A DNA stretch of 64,000 bases from Candidatus Pacearchaeota archaeon (GTDB taxonomy: Archaea; Nanobdellota; Nanobdellia; Pacearchaeales; GW2011-AR1). The number at the start of each line of letters is the position of its first letter. Positions within the stretch are counted from its first letter, which is position 1. Positions 28,205 to 39,060 of this stretch are shown here, one piece after another. The notes below the pieces were generated by a model. That model searched no databases. It was not told the origin of the DNA and saw only the letters and a program-made list of their open reading frames with translations. The position numbers and the translations under genes are program-made. The DNA lies in assembly GCA_016188895.1 (NCBI GenBank), contig JACPGZ010000017.1:2538-66537 (forward strand). Direction: 5' to 3'.

Positions 28205-28878
28205 AATTAGACAACAAGATATTAATAACTGGATCTAGTGGTATTATAGGCGGTATTATTACAGAATATCTTAAGAAGGATGGATATATTGTTACAGAAC
28301 TTGATATAAAAAATCAAGATAATAATGTTGATATTCTTTTATATGATATATTTCCATATTTTTATAATGTTAATACTGTTATACATTTAGCTGCAAATCC
28401 TAATCCCTTTATTGGTAAGATAGAGGCTGATAAGAATATAGAGATAACAAAAAGAGTAATAGATGCTTGTCAAGGTTCAAGGACAGTTAGAAGAATAATA
28501 AATGCAAGTTCAATTAATGTTTATCCTTATAGAACAATTGATAGAATAACAAAAGAAACTCCATTAACATCCAATATACATTTTAATCCAAAAGGATATT
28601 ATGGAAAAGCGAAGATTGAATGTGAAAGATTGTTTGAAGAATTTTGTAGGAATAATAATCTTTATTTATTAAATTTAAGGTTAGGTTGGGTGACAAAAAA
28701 TGATTTGCATCCTCCAAATAACGAGCCTGCTCATACAAGAGATATAGAGGTCGCATTAAAGCATGAAGATTTAAAGAAAATTATAAGCAGGGCAATCAAT
28801 TACAAAGGAATAGGGAATTATGTTTGTGTATCTAAACGAAATGGTTTTATAGATGATAGTATACTATTTCCACTATGA
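28201..28878 (+). CDS. NAD-dependent epimerase/dehydratase
   Basis: ITGSSGIIG, IHLAA, ASS, YGKAK. Confidence 0.88.
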   Translation: MKLDNKILITGSSGIIGGIITEYLKKDGYIVTELDIKNQDNNVDILLYDIFPYFYNVNTVIHLAANPNPFIGKIEADKNIEITKRVIDACQGSRTVRRIINASSINVYPYRTIDRITKETPLTSNIHFNPKGYYGKAKIECERLFEEFCRNNNLYLLNLRLGWVTKNDLHPPNNEPAHTRDIEVALKHEDLKKIISRAINYKGIGNYVCVSKRNGFIDDSILFPL

Positions 28879-29327
28879 AAGTCTTATTTTTGTGCAGTTC
28901 AAATGTATTTAGAAGCCAAATAGCAGAGGCTTATTTTAATTTTTATTCTAAAAAGCACAAAGCTCAAAGTGCCGCTTTAATTAAACCTCAAGACAAGATG
29001 CATAAACTTGTTGTTAGAGCTATGCATGAAAATGGAATTAATATTAAAGAAAATAAATCAAAGAAGGTTACAAAAGAGATGCTGCAAAATGCAGATGTAA
29101 TAATATTAATGAATTCTGAACTTAACGAATATGTTGAGAATTTAAAGAAACATTTTAAGCCAAATGTGAAAATTGAAACTTGGAATATTCCAGATGTGAT
29201 TGCTAAAGAAACAGACGAGCATCTTTATCCAGAATTTGTAAAGGCAAGGGATATAATAAAGAAGAAGGTTAAAGAATTAGTAAAAAGATTAGACAAAGGT
29301 TTTAATATAGAAAAGTTGAATATATAA
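28875..29327 (+). CDS. Low-molecular-weight phosphatase / ArsC-like reductase
   Basis: VLFLCSSNVFRSQIAE (CX5R). Confidence 0.85.
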   Translation: MKVLFLCSSNVFRSQIAEAYFNFYSKKHKAQSAALIKPQDKMHKLVVRAMHENGINIKENKSKKVTKEMLQNADVIILMNSELNEYVENLKKHFKPNVKIETWNIPDVIAKETDEHLYPEFVKARDIIKKKVKELVKRLDKGFNIEKLNI

Positions 29328-29343
29328 TAAAAAAGAGGGAAAA

Positions 29344-29865
29344 ATGCCATTTGCAGTTACTCATATTTTAGCGCCCTTAATATTAGTGGCAATAATAAGA
29401 GATTTCTTTTTAAAAAAGAAATTTTCTTTGCATTATGTTTTGATTGCTGGATTGGCTGGAATTTTGCCTGACATTGATGTTGCTCTCTTTTGGGTGCTTT
29501 ATTTTTTTGGATTTACATTTGAACAAATACATAAAACATTTTTGCACTCGATTCTTATACCGTTATTTTTCTTTTTGCTTTATCTTACATTTTTATCTAG
29601 AAAAGATAAAAACAAAAAATTAAGATTAAGTATTGTATTCTTGATGCTTGCAATCGGTAGTTTAATTCATTTAATCTTGGATGGAATCTTTGGACCGACA
29701 TTTCAATTATTTTATCCTATATCAAATCTTCAGGTTGGATTTTATCTGACTGACTATTTGCCATATGAATTACAAAGTTTATTCCTGCCATCGTTAGATG
29801 CTTTATTGTTGATTATATGGCTTATTTATCTTGAGGTTAAACACAAGATTAGTGATTTTATTTGA
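29344..29865 (+). CDS. Membrane-bound metal-dependent hydrolase (YdjM-like)
   Basis: TH, LPDID, HK.FLHS, HLILD. Confidence 0.82.
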   Translation: MPFAVTHILAPLILVAIIRDFFLKKKFSLHYVLIAGLAGILPDIDVALFWVLYFFGFTFEQIHKTFLHSILIPLFFFLLYLTFLSRKDKNKKLRLSIVFLMLAIGSLIHLILDGIFGPTFQLFYPISNLQVGFYLTDYLPYELQSLFLPSLDALLLIIWLIYLEVKHKISDFI

Positions 29866-30865
29866 TTATATTTATCGGCTTTCTTTTAATAAAGGAAGTT
29901 ATATTCTCAAGTGTTGTATCAAGTATTCTGTGCAATGTCTCATTTGAGTTAAATGCATTATGCGGAGTTATTATAACATTGTCCATCTTAATTAATATAT
30001 GATCTTCTAATAATGTTTGTATGTTGCAGGATTTTTTGTATATGTGACTAAGAACTGCTTTTTCTTCTTTAATCTCGCATTCGTCTTCAAGAACATCTAA
30101 ACCTGCTGCTGAAATCTTTTTGTTTTTAAGTCCTTTGACTAATGCATGCGTGTCTATAATTCCTCCTCTTGATGTATTTATTATTATTGCTCCTTTTTTC
30201 ATTTTGTTTATTGTATTTTCATTGAACAAATGATGTGTCTCTTTGTTGTAAGGAATATGCAATGTAATAATATCTGATTGTTTGAGTAATGTGTCAAAAT
30301 TTACATAGCCAAAACCAATGCTTTTTGCTAATTCTTTTTCAGAATGCCTGTCAAATACAATAACATTCATTTCAAATCCAACCCCGATTCTTGCAACATG
30401 TTTTCCTATGTTTCCGCATCCTATGATACCTAGTGTTTTTCCCTTCAGCTCAAATCCTTTTAAATCATGACTTGTTTCAAATGAGTGCTGCTCATGTGTT
30501 CTTTTTATTGAAGGATATAATCTTCTTGACAATGCTAAAATTAGCGCAAATGTATGCTCTGCAACTGTGTTCTCGCCATATCTTGGCACATTTGCTATCT
30601 TGATTCTTTTTTTATTGCAGTGTCTAACATCAATATGGTCATAGCCTGTTGACATTGTCACGATAAATTTAAGAGCTGGAAGATTGTCAATTATTTCTTT
30701 TGTAATAGAAGAATAAATAAATACAACTAAGACTTCTATGTCTTTGATTTGCTTTACATTTTTATTATTTAATGGCTCTTTAAATAAAAGAAGTTTGTAT
30801 TTTTTAAATGAGTTTGATATAATCTCTTTTTCCCAATCCTCTATTTCAAAAAATGCTATTTTCAT
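29858..30865 (-). CDS. D-lactate / D-2-hydroxyacid dehydrogenase
   Basis: STGYDHID, VAEH, GCGNIG, INTSRG, LDVLE, TPHNAF. Confidence 0.92.
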   Translation of the reverse strand: MKIAFFEIEDWEKEIISNSFKKYKLLLFKEPLNNKNVKQIKDIEVLVVFIYSSITKEIIDNLPALKFIVTMSTGYDHIDVRHCNKKRIKIANVPRYGENTVAEHTFALILALSRRLYPSIKRTHEQHSFETSHDLKGFELKGKTLGIIGCGNIGKHVARIGVGFEMNVIVFDRHSEKELAKSIGFGYVNFDTLLKQSDIITLHIPYNKETHHLFNENTINKMKKGAIIINTSRGGIIDTHALVKGLKNKKISAAGLDVLEDECEIKEEKAVLSHIYKKSCNIQTLLEDHILIKMDNVIITPHNAFNSNETLHRILDTTLENITSFIKRKPINIIK

Positions 30866-30884
30866 TCTGCCTCTTTTACTTATA

Positions 30885-33305
30885 TTATATTTTTCTTCTT
30901 TTTAAAAGATTGGCATTTGTTACAACTGTTATTGATGAGGAGGCCATTGCAATCTCAGCTATGATTGGATGTAAAATACCGATAATTGCGAGGGGAATTG
31001 CTATTGTGTTATAAGCATATGCCCAGAATAAATTCTGCTTGATTTTTCTGAATGTTGCTTTTGAAAGATTTATTGCTTGAACAACTCCTATTAAAGAGCC
31101 TTTTGCTAAAACAATATCACCTGCTTCAATTGCAATATCTGTTCCAGTTCCAATTGCAATTCCGACATTTGCTTGCTTTAAAGCAGGAGCGTCATTGATT
31201 CCGTCTCCTATAAAAGCTACAAATCCTTGTTTTTGCAATTCTTCTACTTTTTTTGCCTTTTCTTCTGGCAAAACATTTGCAATAACTTCTTTGATTCCAA
31301 CTTCTTTTGCAATTGCCTTTGCTGTTCTTTCATTATCACCGGTTATCATAATTGTGATATATCCTTCTTTATTCAGCGAGGCAATTGCTTCAATTGAATC
31401 TTCTTTAACAGAGTCTGCAATTCCTATTATCCCGATTGCCTTGTTATTTTCTGCAACTGTAATAGTTGTATAGCCATTGTCCTCAAATTCATTGATTTTA
31501 GACTCAAATTCTTTTAATGGAATATTTCTTTCTCTCATTAATGTTGTGTTTCCAATAACAACTTTATTATTTCCTATATTTCCCTCAACACCCCTGCCTC
31601 TTAAAATCTTGAAATTGCTTACTTGATTATATTTCTTTAGAGCTGCTTTTGCTACAATTGCTTTTGATAATGGATGCTCGCTTAATTTTTCTAAACTCGA
31701 TGCTATTTCTAAAAGATAAGATTCATTTATCTTGGAATATATAGCTCTAACCTCTGGCTTTCCTTTTGTTATAGTTCCTGTTTTATCAAAGATAATTGTT
31801 TTGATTTCTTTCATTGTCTGGATTGCCTCTCCCTTTCTGATAAGAATGCCTTTTTGAGCGCCTATTCCAGAGCCAACCATTAATGCAGTTGGTGTTGCTA
31901 ATCCTAAAGCACATGGGCATGCAATTACAAGAACAGCAATTGCTGCAAATAATGCCAAGGTTAAGTTTCCTGCATTTAAGTTAATCCATGGAATAAATGA
32001 AAAAACTCCTACAATGCTTTTCATGGCATCTGGAAAAATAAGCCATGTCAAAAATGTAATTACAGAAACAATAAGAACTATTGGAACAAAATAACTTGTA
32101 ACTCTGTCTGCAAATTCCTGAATTGGAATTTTTGAGCCCTGCGCTTCTTCAACAAGCTTTATAATCTGGCTAAGAAATGTCTCTTTTCCTATTTTTGTGG
32201 CTTTGACATACAATATGCCATCTTGATTTATTGTTGCTCCTATTACAATATCTTTTTTCTTCTTTTCCACAGGCAGGCTTTCTCCTGAAACCATTGATTC
32301 GTCAACACTTGACTCTCCTTTAACAACTTCTCCATCTGTCGGGATTTTTTCTCCAGGCCTTACGAGCATAATATCGCCTATCTTAACCTCATCTATTCTA
32401 ACCTGTTTTTCCTTGCCATTAACTATGATATTTGCTGATTTTGCCTCAAGCTTAAGAAGTGCTTTAATAGCAAGGCTTGCCCTGCCTCTTGCCTTTGCTT
32501 CTACATATCTTCCTGTCAGGAAAAAAGCCATAATCATTCCTCCTATTCCTGAATAGTCTTCTATTGGAAGAAAAAATCTCAATATGCCTGTTAAAAAAGC
32601 AATTAGTGTTCCTAAAGAAATCAAGACATCCATATTAAATGACAAGTATTTTATTGATTTGAATGCGCTTCTTAATGTTGGAAAACCTACAAAAAATAAT
32701 ATGGGGATTGATAGAATTAATGGAAGAACCATAAAAAATGTATTATGTATTCCAAATACTCTCTCAATTATTAAGCTTATTATGGCAATTGGTATTGCAA
32801 AAAGCCATGCAATCCACATTCTTCTTTTTGCCTCGCTCATCTCTTTTATTTCTGTATCTTCCAATCCTGCTTCCTCCCCTATTACTTTATAGCCTGCGTC
32901 TTCAATTGCTTGAATTATCTTTTCTTTTGCAATTGATGAGGTTATTGTAGCTTTCTTCATATTAATATTAAGGGCGAGTTTTTTAACACCTATTTTTCTT
33001 AACGCATTTTCAATAGTCATGGCGCAATGAGGATTATCTAAGCCTTGAACAAGAAATATGTAAGTCGCTTCTCCTTGCGATGCCTTATGCGGGCTTTCGC
33101 TGTCTTTTGTGTCAGAATAAATTTTATAACCCAAATCCTCAACTATATTTTTAATCTTATTTTCATCACCCTCGTCAACATATAATTTTCCTGTTGCAAA
33201 ATTAACACTTGGATTTTCAGCTGTTTTTGCTCTTTTTAATGCAGACTCTATGTTTGCTGCGCAGCTTGCACAATGCATTCCTTCTACCTTAAATATTTTT
33301 TTCAT
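30885..33305 (-). CDS. copA: Copper-translocating P1B ATPase
   Basis: [33 protein letters not shown] and MxxSS motifs. Confidence 0.95.
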   Translation of the reverse strand: MKKIFKVEGMHCASCAANIESALKRAKTAENPSVNFATGKLYVDEGDENKIKNIVEDLGYKIYSDTKDSESPHKASQGEATYIFLVQGLDNPHCAMTIENALRKIGVKKLALNINMKKATITSSIAKEKIIQAIEDAGYKVIGEEAGLEDTEIKEMSEAKRRMWIAWLFAIPIAIISLIIERVFGIHNTFFMVLPLILSIPILFFVGFPTLRSAFKSIKYLSFNMDVLISLGTLIAFLTGILRFFLPIEDYSGIGGMIMAFFLTGRYVEAKARGRASLAIKALLKLEAKSANIIVNGKEKQVRIDEVKIGDIMLVRPGEKIPTDGEVVKGESSVDESMVSGESLPVEKKKKDIVIGATINQDGILYVKATKIGKETFLSQIIKLVEEAQGSKIPIQEFADRVTSYFVPIVLIVSVITFLTWLIFPDAMKSIVGVFSFIPWINLNAGNLTLALFAAIAVLVIACPCALGLATPTALMVGSGIGAQKGILIRKGEAIQTMKEIKTIIFDKTGTITKGKPEVRAIYSKINESYLLEIASSLEKLSEHPLSKAIVAKAALKKYNQVSNFKILRGRGVEGNIGNNKVVIGNTTLMRERNIPLKEFESKINEFEDNGYTTITVAENNKAIGIIGIADSVKEDSIEAIASLNKEGYITIMITGDNERTAKAIAKEVGIKEVIANVLPEEKAKKVEELQKQGFVAFIGDGINDAPALKQANVGIAIGTGTDIAIEAGDIVLAKGSLIGVVQAINLSKATFRKIKQNLFWAYAYNTIAIPLAIIGILHPIIAEIAMASSSITVVTNANLLKRRKI
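33075..33098 (-). repeat. Short dispersed repeat copy I in CopA inter-HMA linker
   Basis: GAAAGCCCGCATAAGGCATCGCAA (peptide ESPHKASQ). Confidence 0.6.
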
Positions 33306-33314
33306 CTTTTAATT

Positions 33315-33461
33315 TTATGTTTTATTTATAAATTTTTCTGGATTTTCCTTAAATGTAGATTCACAGTTTGAACTGCAAAAATAATATACTCTATCTTTAT
33401 ATTTTGTCTTTAATGATTTTTTCTCATCTAATTTCATTCCGCATACAGGGTCTTTTGTCAT
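33315..33461 (-). CDS. YHS-domain protein (48 aa, not in ORF track)
   Basis: MTKDPVCGM..YKDRVYYFCSSNC..F..NPEKF; GGAGG upstream. Confidence 0.9.
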   Translation of the reverse strand: MTKDPVCGMKLDEKKSLKTKYKDRVYYFCSSNCESTFKENPEKFINKT

Positions 33462-33473
33462 TTTTACCTCCTT

Positions 33474-33971
33474 TTATTTCTTGTTTTTGATAATAAGATA
33501 AATAAGAATAACAATTAACATAACAATCAATAATGCCATAACCCACGTAAGAGCCCACAAATTATTATATCTGTAATTCTGCATCATTCCTGAGCCCATC
33601 CCTCCATAACCCATCATGCCTCTTCCCATCATCATGCTCATCATTCCTGTGCTCATTGCATCATGCTCTCCGCAATAAAATGCCTTGCCCATGCTGACAT
33701 GAATTTGTTTCAAACTTGCAGAGCCCTCGCCCCCCATCATCTCGTCCATCTGCTCATGTAACTCGCCAGGATGCATCTGCTCCATGTAATATTCTCCAAG
33801 TATTTCAAGCTGCTCTTCGCTAAGATTGCTACATGATATTTTTTGTTTTATAATTTCTTCAGCTTGAGCAAAATCCTCTTCTCCATGAGCGCTGGCAAAA
33901 ATTGCTATGTTTACTGCTAAGATACCAATTATCAAAAAACTTATCAGATATATTTTGTATTTATTTATCAT
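33474..33971 (-). CDS. Met/His-rich exported membrane protein (paralog of 48073-48576)
   Basis: Signal peptide, MHPGELHEQMDEMMGGEGS, C-terminal TM. Confidence 0.8.
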   Translation of the reverse strand: MINKYKIYLISFLIIGILAVNIAIFASAHGEEDFAQAEEIIKQKISCSNLSEEQLEILGEYYMEQMHPGELHEQMDEMMGGEGSASLKQIHVSMGKAFYCGEHDAMSTGMMSMMMGRGMMGYGGMGSGMMQNYRYNNLWALTWVMALLIVMLIVILIYLIIKNKK

Positions 33972-34213
33972 TGTCTTATGCTTTGAATTATTAAATATAA
34001 TCCTAAAATAAATATTGAAATTACTATCAAAAACCAAAATATGCTGAAAAATCCAAAACCATATCCAAAACTAGACATCATTCCAATTCCGCCAAAGCCC
34101 ATCATGCCTGCTCCAAGCATTCCAAGTGCTGGCAGTGAAATTAATACTAAAATAATTCCTATTATCAATCTGAGTGTTTTATCCTGCATCTCTTTTGAGT
34201 TTTCTTTTGCCAT
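33968..34213 (-). CDS. Small Met/Gly-rich membrane protein
   Basis: Two TMs flanking GMMGFGGIGMM. Confidence 0.75.
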   Translation of the reverse strand: MAKENSKEMQDKTLRLIIGIILVLISLPALGMLGAGMMGFGGIGMMSSFGYGFGFFSIFWFLIVISIFILGLYLIIQSIRQ

Positions 34214-34241
34214 TACTACTATAATTCATTGGAGTTTATAA

Positions 34242-34262
34242 ATATATCGGATTCTGATATAT
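34242..34262. promoter_or_regulatory. Candidate PadR operator in divergent promoter
   Basis: ATATATC-N7-GATATAT inverted repeat. Confidence 0.5.
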
Positions 34263-34306
34263 CAAAATATGTAAAGTTTTATATAGTTGCATTATCTTTT
34301 AATATC

Positions 34307-34723
34307 ATGAAAATAAATAGTATAACTAAATTATGCATTCTAGCTCTGATTAATAATGAGAAACTGCATGGATATGAAATTCTTAAAGAAGTAGGGAAAA
34401 AAACAGGGATAAAATTGTCTGCGTCACATGTCTACCCATTTCTGAAAGAATTAGAAAAGAATAATTTTGTTGTTGCAGAGGCGTATGATAGAGGGGGGCA
34501 TGAAAAAAATGTTTATCAAATGACTAAAAAAGGGAAAAGATTTTATAGGAATTTTATGAATCGTTTTTCAATTATGCTAGAATCAGGAATTAAGAATAAT
34601 ATCAAAGAATGCCATCATTGTGGATGTGAGGTATATAAAAATCATTATCATGAAATAATAAAAGGCAAAAGATATATATTTTGCTGTATGCATTGTGCAA
34701 AAGCATACAAGCAGGAAAATTGA
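34307..34723 (+). CDS. PadR-family regulator with C-terminal TRASH-type Cys motif
   Basis: HGYEI..VYP.L..LE..Y.MT.KG; CHHCG..FCCMHC. Confidence 0.88.
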   Translation: MKINSITKLCILALINNEKLHGYEILKEVGKKTGIKLSASHVYPFLKELEKNNFVVAEAYDRGGHEKNVYQMTKKGKRFYRNFMNRFSIMLESGIKNNIKECHHCGCEVYKNHYHEIIKGKRYIFCCMHCAKAYKQEN

Positions 34724-34725
34724 AG

Positions 34726-35178
34726 ATGTTTCAGCTAAATAAAGATATAAAAAACTTGTTTGAGAAGTTCCCTTTTGGTTTTAGTATTTGGGAGAGGGAA
34801 GATAATAAAATGTATGCTGTTTATAGAAATGCCATGGCTGACAAGCTGATGGGAACAAAAAGAGAGAAAATGGTTGGAAAAGAATTTGAAAAATGTTGGC
34901 CTGATTCAAAAGAAAGTAAAAAAACAGCGTTCAGGGTTCTTGATGAGGGTACTACGCATAAAGTTGAGGAGTCAAGATTTATCAGTAAAAAAAAGGAAGG
35001 ATTGTTTCGTTTTACTTTAATGAAACTTGATGAAAACATGATTGGAGTTGTTATTGAGCCTTTGAATAGGTGCATAAAGATTAATAGGGACGGGACACAA
35101 TGCTCTAATACATCTGTTCTGGGTAATTTTTGCATGAGCCATGCACTTACTCAGCTGAAGAAAACATCGTTAATCTAA
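34726..35178 (+). CDS. PAS-like domain protein with C-terminal Cys/His motif
   Basis: N..ADKLMGTKREKMVGK pattern; C..C..C..H tail. Confidence 0.6.
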   Translation: MFQLNKDIKNLFEKFPFGFSIWEREDNKMYAVYRNAMADKLMGTKREKMVGKEFEKCWPDSKESKKTAFRVLDEGTTHKVEESRFISKKKEGLFRFTLMKLDENMIGVVIEPLNRCIKINRDGTQCSNTSVLGNFCMSHALTQLKKTSLI

Positions 35179-35333
35179 ATTTCAACGGCATGTTTTGTTA
35201 TCTCAATATTGCAGGAATGGTGCTTTGTGCACCATTCTTCACATCTTTTGGCTAACTCTTTTGTCTTGTAGAAGAAACTGCATGACTCGCATTGAAAATA
35301 TTTATCTCCGTGTTTGTTTATCTCTTTTACCAT
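35175..35333 (-). CDS. Small Cys-rich metal-binding protein (52 aa, not in ORF track)
   Basis: FQCESC..Y..A.RCEEWC..HHSCNIEITKHA. Confidence 0.8.
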   Translation of the reverse strand: MVKEINKHGDKYFQCESCSFFYKTKELAKRCEEWCTKHHSCNIEITKHAVEI

Positions 35334-36344
35334 TTAATTTACTCTTATTTTTACATCTTTATTTACTATATTCTCGGGAATTCTTCCATTTGCAATATCA
35401 ATTATACTCTTAGCAGCGACAACCGCCATTTTTATCCTTGTATCTATTGTTGCTGATGCAATATGAGGAGTAAGAATAGTATTATTAAGATCTTTTAATT
35501 TAATTGGTGAATTAAAATCGCAAGTAATTTCTGGCTCACATTCAAATACATCTAATGCGGCTGCGAATATCTTTTTATTTTTTAAGGCATAAATCAATGC
35601 CTTTTCGTCAACAATTGGGCCCCTCGCTGTATTTATCAAAATTGCTGTTTTTTTCATAATGTTAAATTCCTTTTTACTTATCATATGCTTTGTTTCTGGT
35701 GTCAAGGGCAGATGAATTGAAATAAAGTCGGATTCTTTTAGTAATATTGGTAAGTCAGCAAATCTAGCTCTGTATTCTCCTTCAAATTTCTTATCCCTAT
35801 GTCTCGTATTGTAAATAATCTTCATTTCCATTCCTTTAGCAGCTCTTTTTGCAACTTCATATCCTATTCTTCCTAATCCAAGAATCCCCAAAGTTTTTCC
35901 TTTTAAGTCTTGACCAAGAAATAAGAATGGACTCCATGCCTTGTATTTTCCTTGTCTAGTAAATTTATCAGCTTCTACAATTCTACGGGCTGCAGCCAGC
36001 ATTAATGCGATAGTATGCTCTGCAACTGTCTCTGTGAGAACATCTGGAGTATTTGTAACGATGATTCCTCTTTTTGTTGCTATTTTGACATCAATATTAT
36101 CAAAACCAACTGCATAATTTGAGATAATCTTTAATTTAGGATTTGGTTCAATAACTTCTTTGTCAATATTATCTGTTAATAAACTAAGAAGAGCGTCTTT
36201 ATCTTTAATTTTCTTAATCAATTGCTTTTTTGAAAGAACTCTGTCTTCGCTATCATTAATTTCTACATTAAATCCTGACTTTCTTAATAATTCTATTCCT
36301 GCCTCTGGAATTTTGCGGGCAATAAATACATTAAATTTCTTCAT
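35334..36344 (-). CDS. Glyoxylate reductase / D-glycerate dehydrogenase
   Basis: AVGFDNID, TNTPDVL, GLGRIG, INTARG, TPHIAS. Confidence 0.92.
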   Translation of the reverse strand: MKKFNVFIARKIPEAGIELLRKSGFNVEINDSEDRVLSKKQLIKKIKDKDALLSLLTDNIDKEVIEPNPKLKIISNYAVGFDNIDVKIATKRGIIVTNTPDVLTETVAEHTIALMLAAARRIVEADKFTRQGKYKAWSPFLFLGQDLKGKTLGILGLGRIGYEVAKRAAKGMEMKIIYNTRHRDKKFEGEYRARFADLPILLKESDFISIHLPLTPETKHMISKKEFNIMKKTAILINTARGPIVDEKALIYALKNKKIFAAALDVFECEPEITCDFNSPIKLKDLNNTILTPHIASATIDTRIKMAVVAAKSIIDIANGRIPENIVNKDVKIRVN

Positions 36345-37330
36345 TTTTTTCTAATCATATCTTTAACAGCTTTAATAACATCTTGAGCAGTGCAACCAAA
36401 TTTTTTTAATAATTCTTGTGGTTCTCCTGACTCGCCAAATCTATCTTTTATGCCAACAAATCTTATAGGAGTAGGATAATTTTGGCTTAAAATTTCTGCA
36501 ACAGCTCCTCCTAATCCTCCTGTTATTTGATGTTCTTCTATTGTAACTACTGCTTTTGTTTTTTTAACTGCATTTATTATTGTATTTTTATCAAGAGGTT
36601 TTATTGTATGGCTGTTAATGACGATAGAACCGATACCTTGACTCTTAAGTTCGCGTGCTGCTAGAAGAGCTTCATAGACAAGTGATCCGCATCCTATAAT
36701 GGTAACTTTAGGATTTTTTGATTCCCAAAAGATTTCTGCTTTTCCTATCTTAAATGGGGTTTTATTTGTTGTAAAAACAGGTGTTTTTTCTCTTGTAAAT
36801 CTAATATAAATAGGTTTCGCTGTTTGAGCAGCAGATATTGTTGCTTTTGTTGTTTCTATTGAATCGCATGGAGCAATAACCATCATGTTAGGCATTGCCC
36901 TCATAATTGCTATATCCTCTAGTTGTTGATGAGTTGCTCCATCTGGCCCTACAGATATTCCTGAATGTGCGCCTGCTATTTTTACAGGTAGATCATTTAA
37001 TGCAATTGTTGTTCTTATTTGTTCCCAATTTCTTCCAGGAGAAAATGCAGAATAAGATGCAATAAATGGTATCTTTCCATAGTTTGCCATGCCAGCTGCA
37101 AGTGTTGCTAATAATTGTTCTGCAACCCCTACTTCTATAAATCTCTCTGGAAATACTTTTTTAAAATACTCTGTTCTTGTTGATTCTGTAAGATCTGCGC
37201 ATAATGCAACAACTCTTTTATCCTTTTTTCCTGCTTCAACTAATCCTTCTCCATATCCGTTTCTTGTTGGAACTTGTTCTATATCACTAGAAAAAATCTT
37301 TTTTGACAGATGTGCTGATTTTTTAATCAT
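36341..37330 (-). CDS. Transketolase C-terminal subunit
   Basis: GVAEQ, GPDGATHQ, EEH..GGLG, FGESG. Confidence 0.93.
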   Translation of the reverse strand: MIKKSAHLSKKIFSSDIEQVPTRNGYGEGLVEAGKKDKRVVALCADLTESTRTEYFKKVFPERFIEVGVAEQLLATLAAGMANYGKIPFIASYSAFSPGRNWEQIRTTIALNDLPVKIAGAHSGISVGPDGATHQQLEDIAIMRAMPNMMVIAPCDSIETTKATISAAQTAKPIYIRFTREKTPVFTTNKTPFKIGKAEIFWESKNPKVTIIGCGSLVYEALLAARELKSQGIGSIVINSHTIKPLDKNTIINAVKKTKAVVTIEEHQITGGLGGAVAEILSQNYPTPIRFVGIKDRFGESGEPQELLKKFGCTAQDVIKAVKDMIRKK

Positions 37331-38205
37331 TCATGCTCACCTCTTATTTTTCCTCCTAATGTTCTTAACTCGTGCAAAGCTTTTTTAGCTTCTTCTACGG
37401 TTGGAGGCTTGCCGTGCCATTCTGGAAGATTTTCCATGAAAGAAACACTTTTTCCTGGAATTGTATGAGCAATAATTACACTTGGTTTTTCGTAAACAGC
37501 TTTTGCATGATTAACAGCATCAATAATTTCTTGCATATTATGTCCGTCAATGTGCAAAACATGCCAGTTAAATGCCTTGTACTTGTCTTCAAGAGGTTCA
37601 AGGGGCATTACATCTTCTGTATATCCATCAATCTGAATGTTATTACGATCTATCACAACTGTTAGATTCGATAGCTTATACTTGCCTGCAAAAAGCACAG
37701 CCTCCCAATGATTTCCTGCATCATGCTCTCCATCTGAACAGAAACAATAAACCCTGAATTTTTTGTTATCCATTCTTGCTGCATATGCGTATCCTGCTGA
37801 TTGAGCTAATCCTGATCCTAATGGCCCAGAAGTTGTTTCAACTCCGGGCAATCTTGTTCTTTCTGGATGTCCTTGAAGACGTGAACCAAGTTTTCTTAAT
37901 GTCATTAATTCCTGCTTTGGAAAATAACCAGCGTGAGCCATTGCAACATATCTTACAGGAGTTATGTGCCCATTTGAAAGTATAAGCCTATCTCTGTCTT
38001 GCCAGCCCGGATTTTTTGGATTGTGATTTAGTATGTTAAAATAAAAAGCAGTAAAAACATCTGCCATTCCTAAGGGGCCGGCTGAATGCCCGGATCCTGC
38101 TTTAACAAGCATTTTTATTATATCTTCTCTAATTCCATTTGCGATCTTCTGTAATTTTTTGATATCTGTAATTTTTTTGAATATAATTTTATCCTCTTTT
38201 TTCAA
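37327..38205 (-). CDS. Transketolase N-terminal subunit
   Basis: SGHSAG, DRLILSNGH, LQGHP, SDGE, WHGK. Confidence 0.94.
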   Translation of the reverse strand: MKKEDKIIFKKITDIKKLQKIANGIREDIIKMLVKAGSGHSAGPLGMADVFTAFYFNILNHNPKNPGWQDRDRLILSNGHITPVRYVAMAHAGYFPKQELMTLRKLGSRLQGHPERTRLPGVETTSGPLGSGLAQSAGYAYAARMDNKKFRVYCFCSDGEHDAGNHWEAVLFAGKYKLSNLTVVIDRNNIQIDGYTEDVMPLEPLEDKYKAFNWHVLHIDGHNMQEIIDAVNHAKAVYEKPSVIIAHTIPGKSVSFMENLPEWHGKPPTVEEAKKALHELRTLGGKIRGEHE

Positions 38206-38659
38206 TATATGTTTTAAATTTTTTAAGTGCCTTTATTTGACTGGGTGTTGGATGTGCTGATGGACGCTTGCTTTTTATCTTTTTAATTGCATCCGCAACA
38301 TCCATGCCTTCTGAAATAAAATATGCTGCAGCAAGTGTTGGAGCTCTTGTGTGGCCTTGCCTGCAATGTATATACACTTTAATGTCATTTTCAATTAACC
38401 ATTTGATGAAATATGTCCCAATAATCATCTGTTTCATTGTTGGGGCTTTGTGGTCTTTTGTTGGGAGCCATAGATAATAATCAACTCCAAATGGATGGTC
38501 TAGTCTTATCTCTTCCAAACTTATATCAGCTGTTATTCCTTTTGATAATAAGGTTTTTTTAAAATGGGTTATGCAGCATTTATTTGTTCCAATATAAATG
38601 TTTGGAGTAATTTTTGAGTATTCAAATTCTGATTTTTCTTTATGAAGTTTTTTTCTCAT
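38189..38659 (-). CDS. Dual-specificity protein phosphatase family protein
   Basis: IHCRQGHTR (HCX5R). Confidence 0.88.
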   Translation of the reverse strand: MRKKLHKEKSEFEYSKITPNIYIGTNKCCITHFKKTLLSKGITADISLEEIRLDHPFGVDYYLWLPTKDHKAPTMKQMIIGTYFIKWLIENDIKVYIHCRQGHTRAPTLAAAYFISEGMDVADAIKKIKSKRPSAHPTPSQIKALKKFKTYIEKRG

Positions 38660-38663
38660 TTTC

Positions 38664-39044
38664 TCAATCCCTTTTTAATTTTTCTTCATTATTTTTTCCT
38701 TCATTACCTCGGTAAGTTACCCAATGACTCTCTGTTTCATAAACTTTTATCTCGTACAGTCCTTCTAATTTTCCTTCTAATTTGTTCCAAGTCCATACTG
38801 CGATGTTTTCGGCACTAGGAACATCGATATGATCATTAAGATAACTATGATCTAATATCTCTATGACTTCTTCTTGAACTATCTCTCTTAGTTTGTTAAG
38901 ATCTACAACCCGACCATTTTTAACTTGGCCCTCTATTGTTATTTCCAGTCCATAAGTATGTCCATGAAGTTGTGTTTCTTTTTTTCCAAAATCTTTCATT
39001 AAAGTGTGGGCTGCATCAAACTTAAATTTTCTTGTAAATTGCAT
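38664..39044 (-). CDS. PTPS/QueD-family 6-pyruvoyl-tetrahydropterin synthase-like protein
   Basis: FDAAH, HGHTY, LDHSYLND, PSAENIA; Glu at the usual Cys position. Confidence 0.88.
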   Translation of the reverse strand: MQFTRKFKFDAAHTLMKDFGKKETQLHGHTYGLEITIEGQVKNGRVVDLNKLREIVQEEVIEILDHSYLNDHIDVPSAENIAVWTWNKLEGKLEGLYEIKVYETESHWVTYRGNEGKNNEEKLKRD

Positions 39045-39060
39045 TTTTACTTTCTTAAAA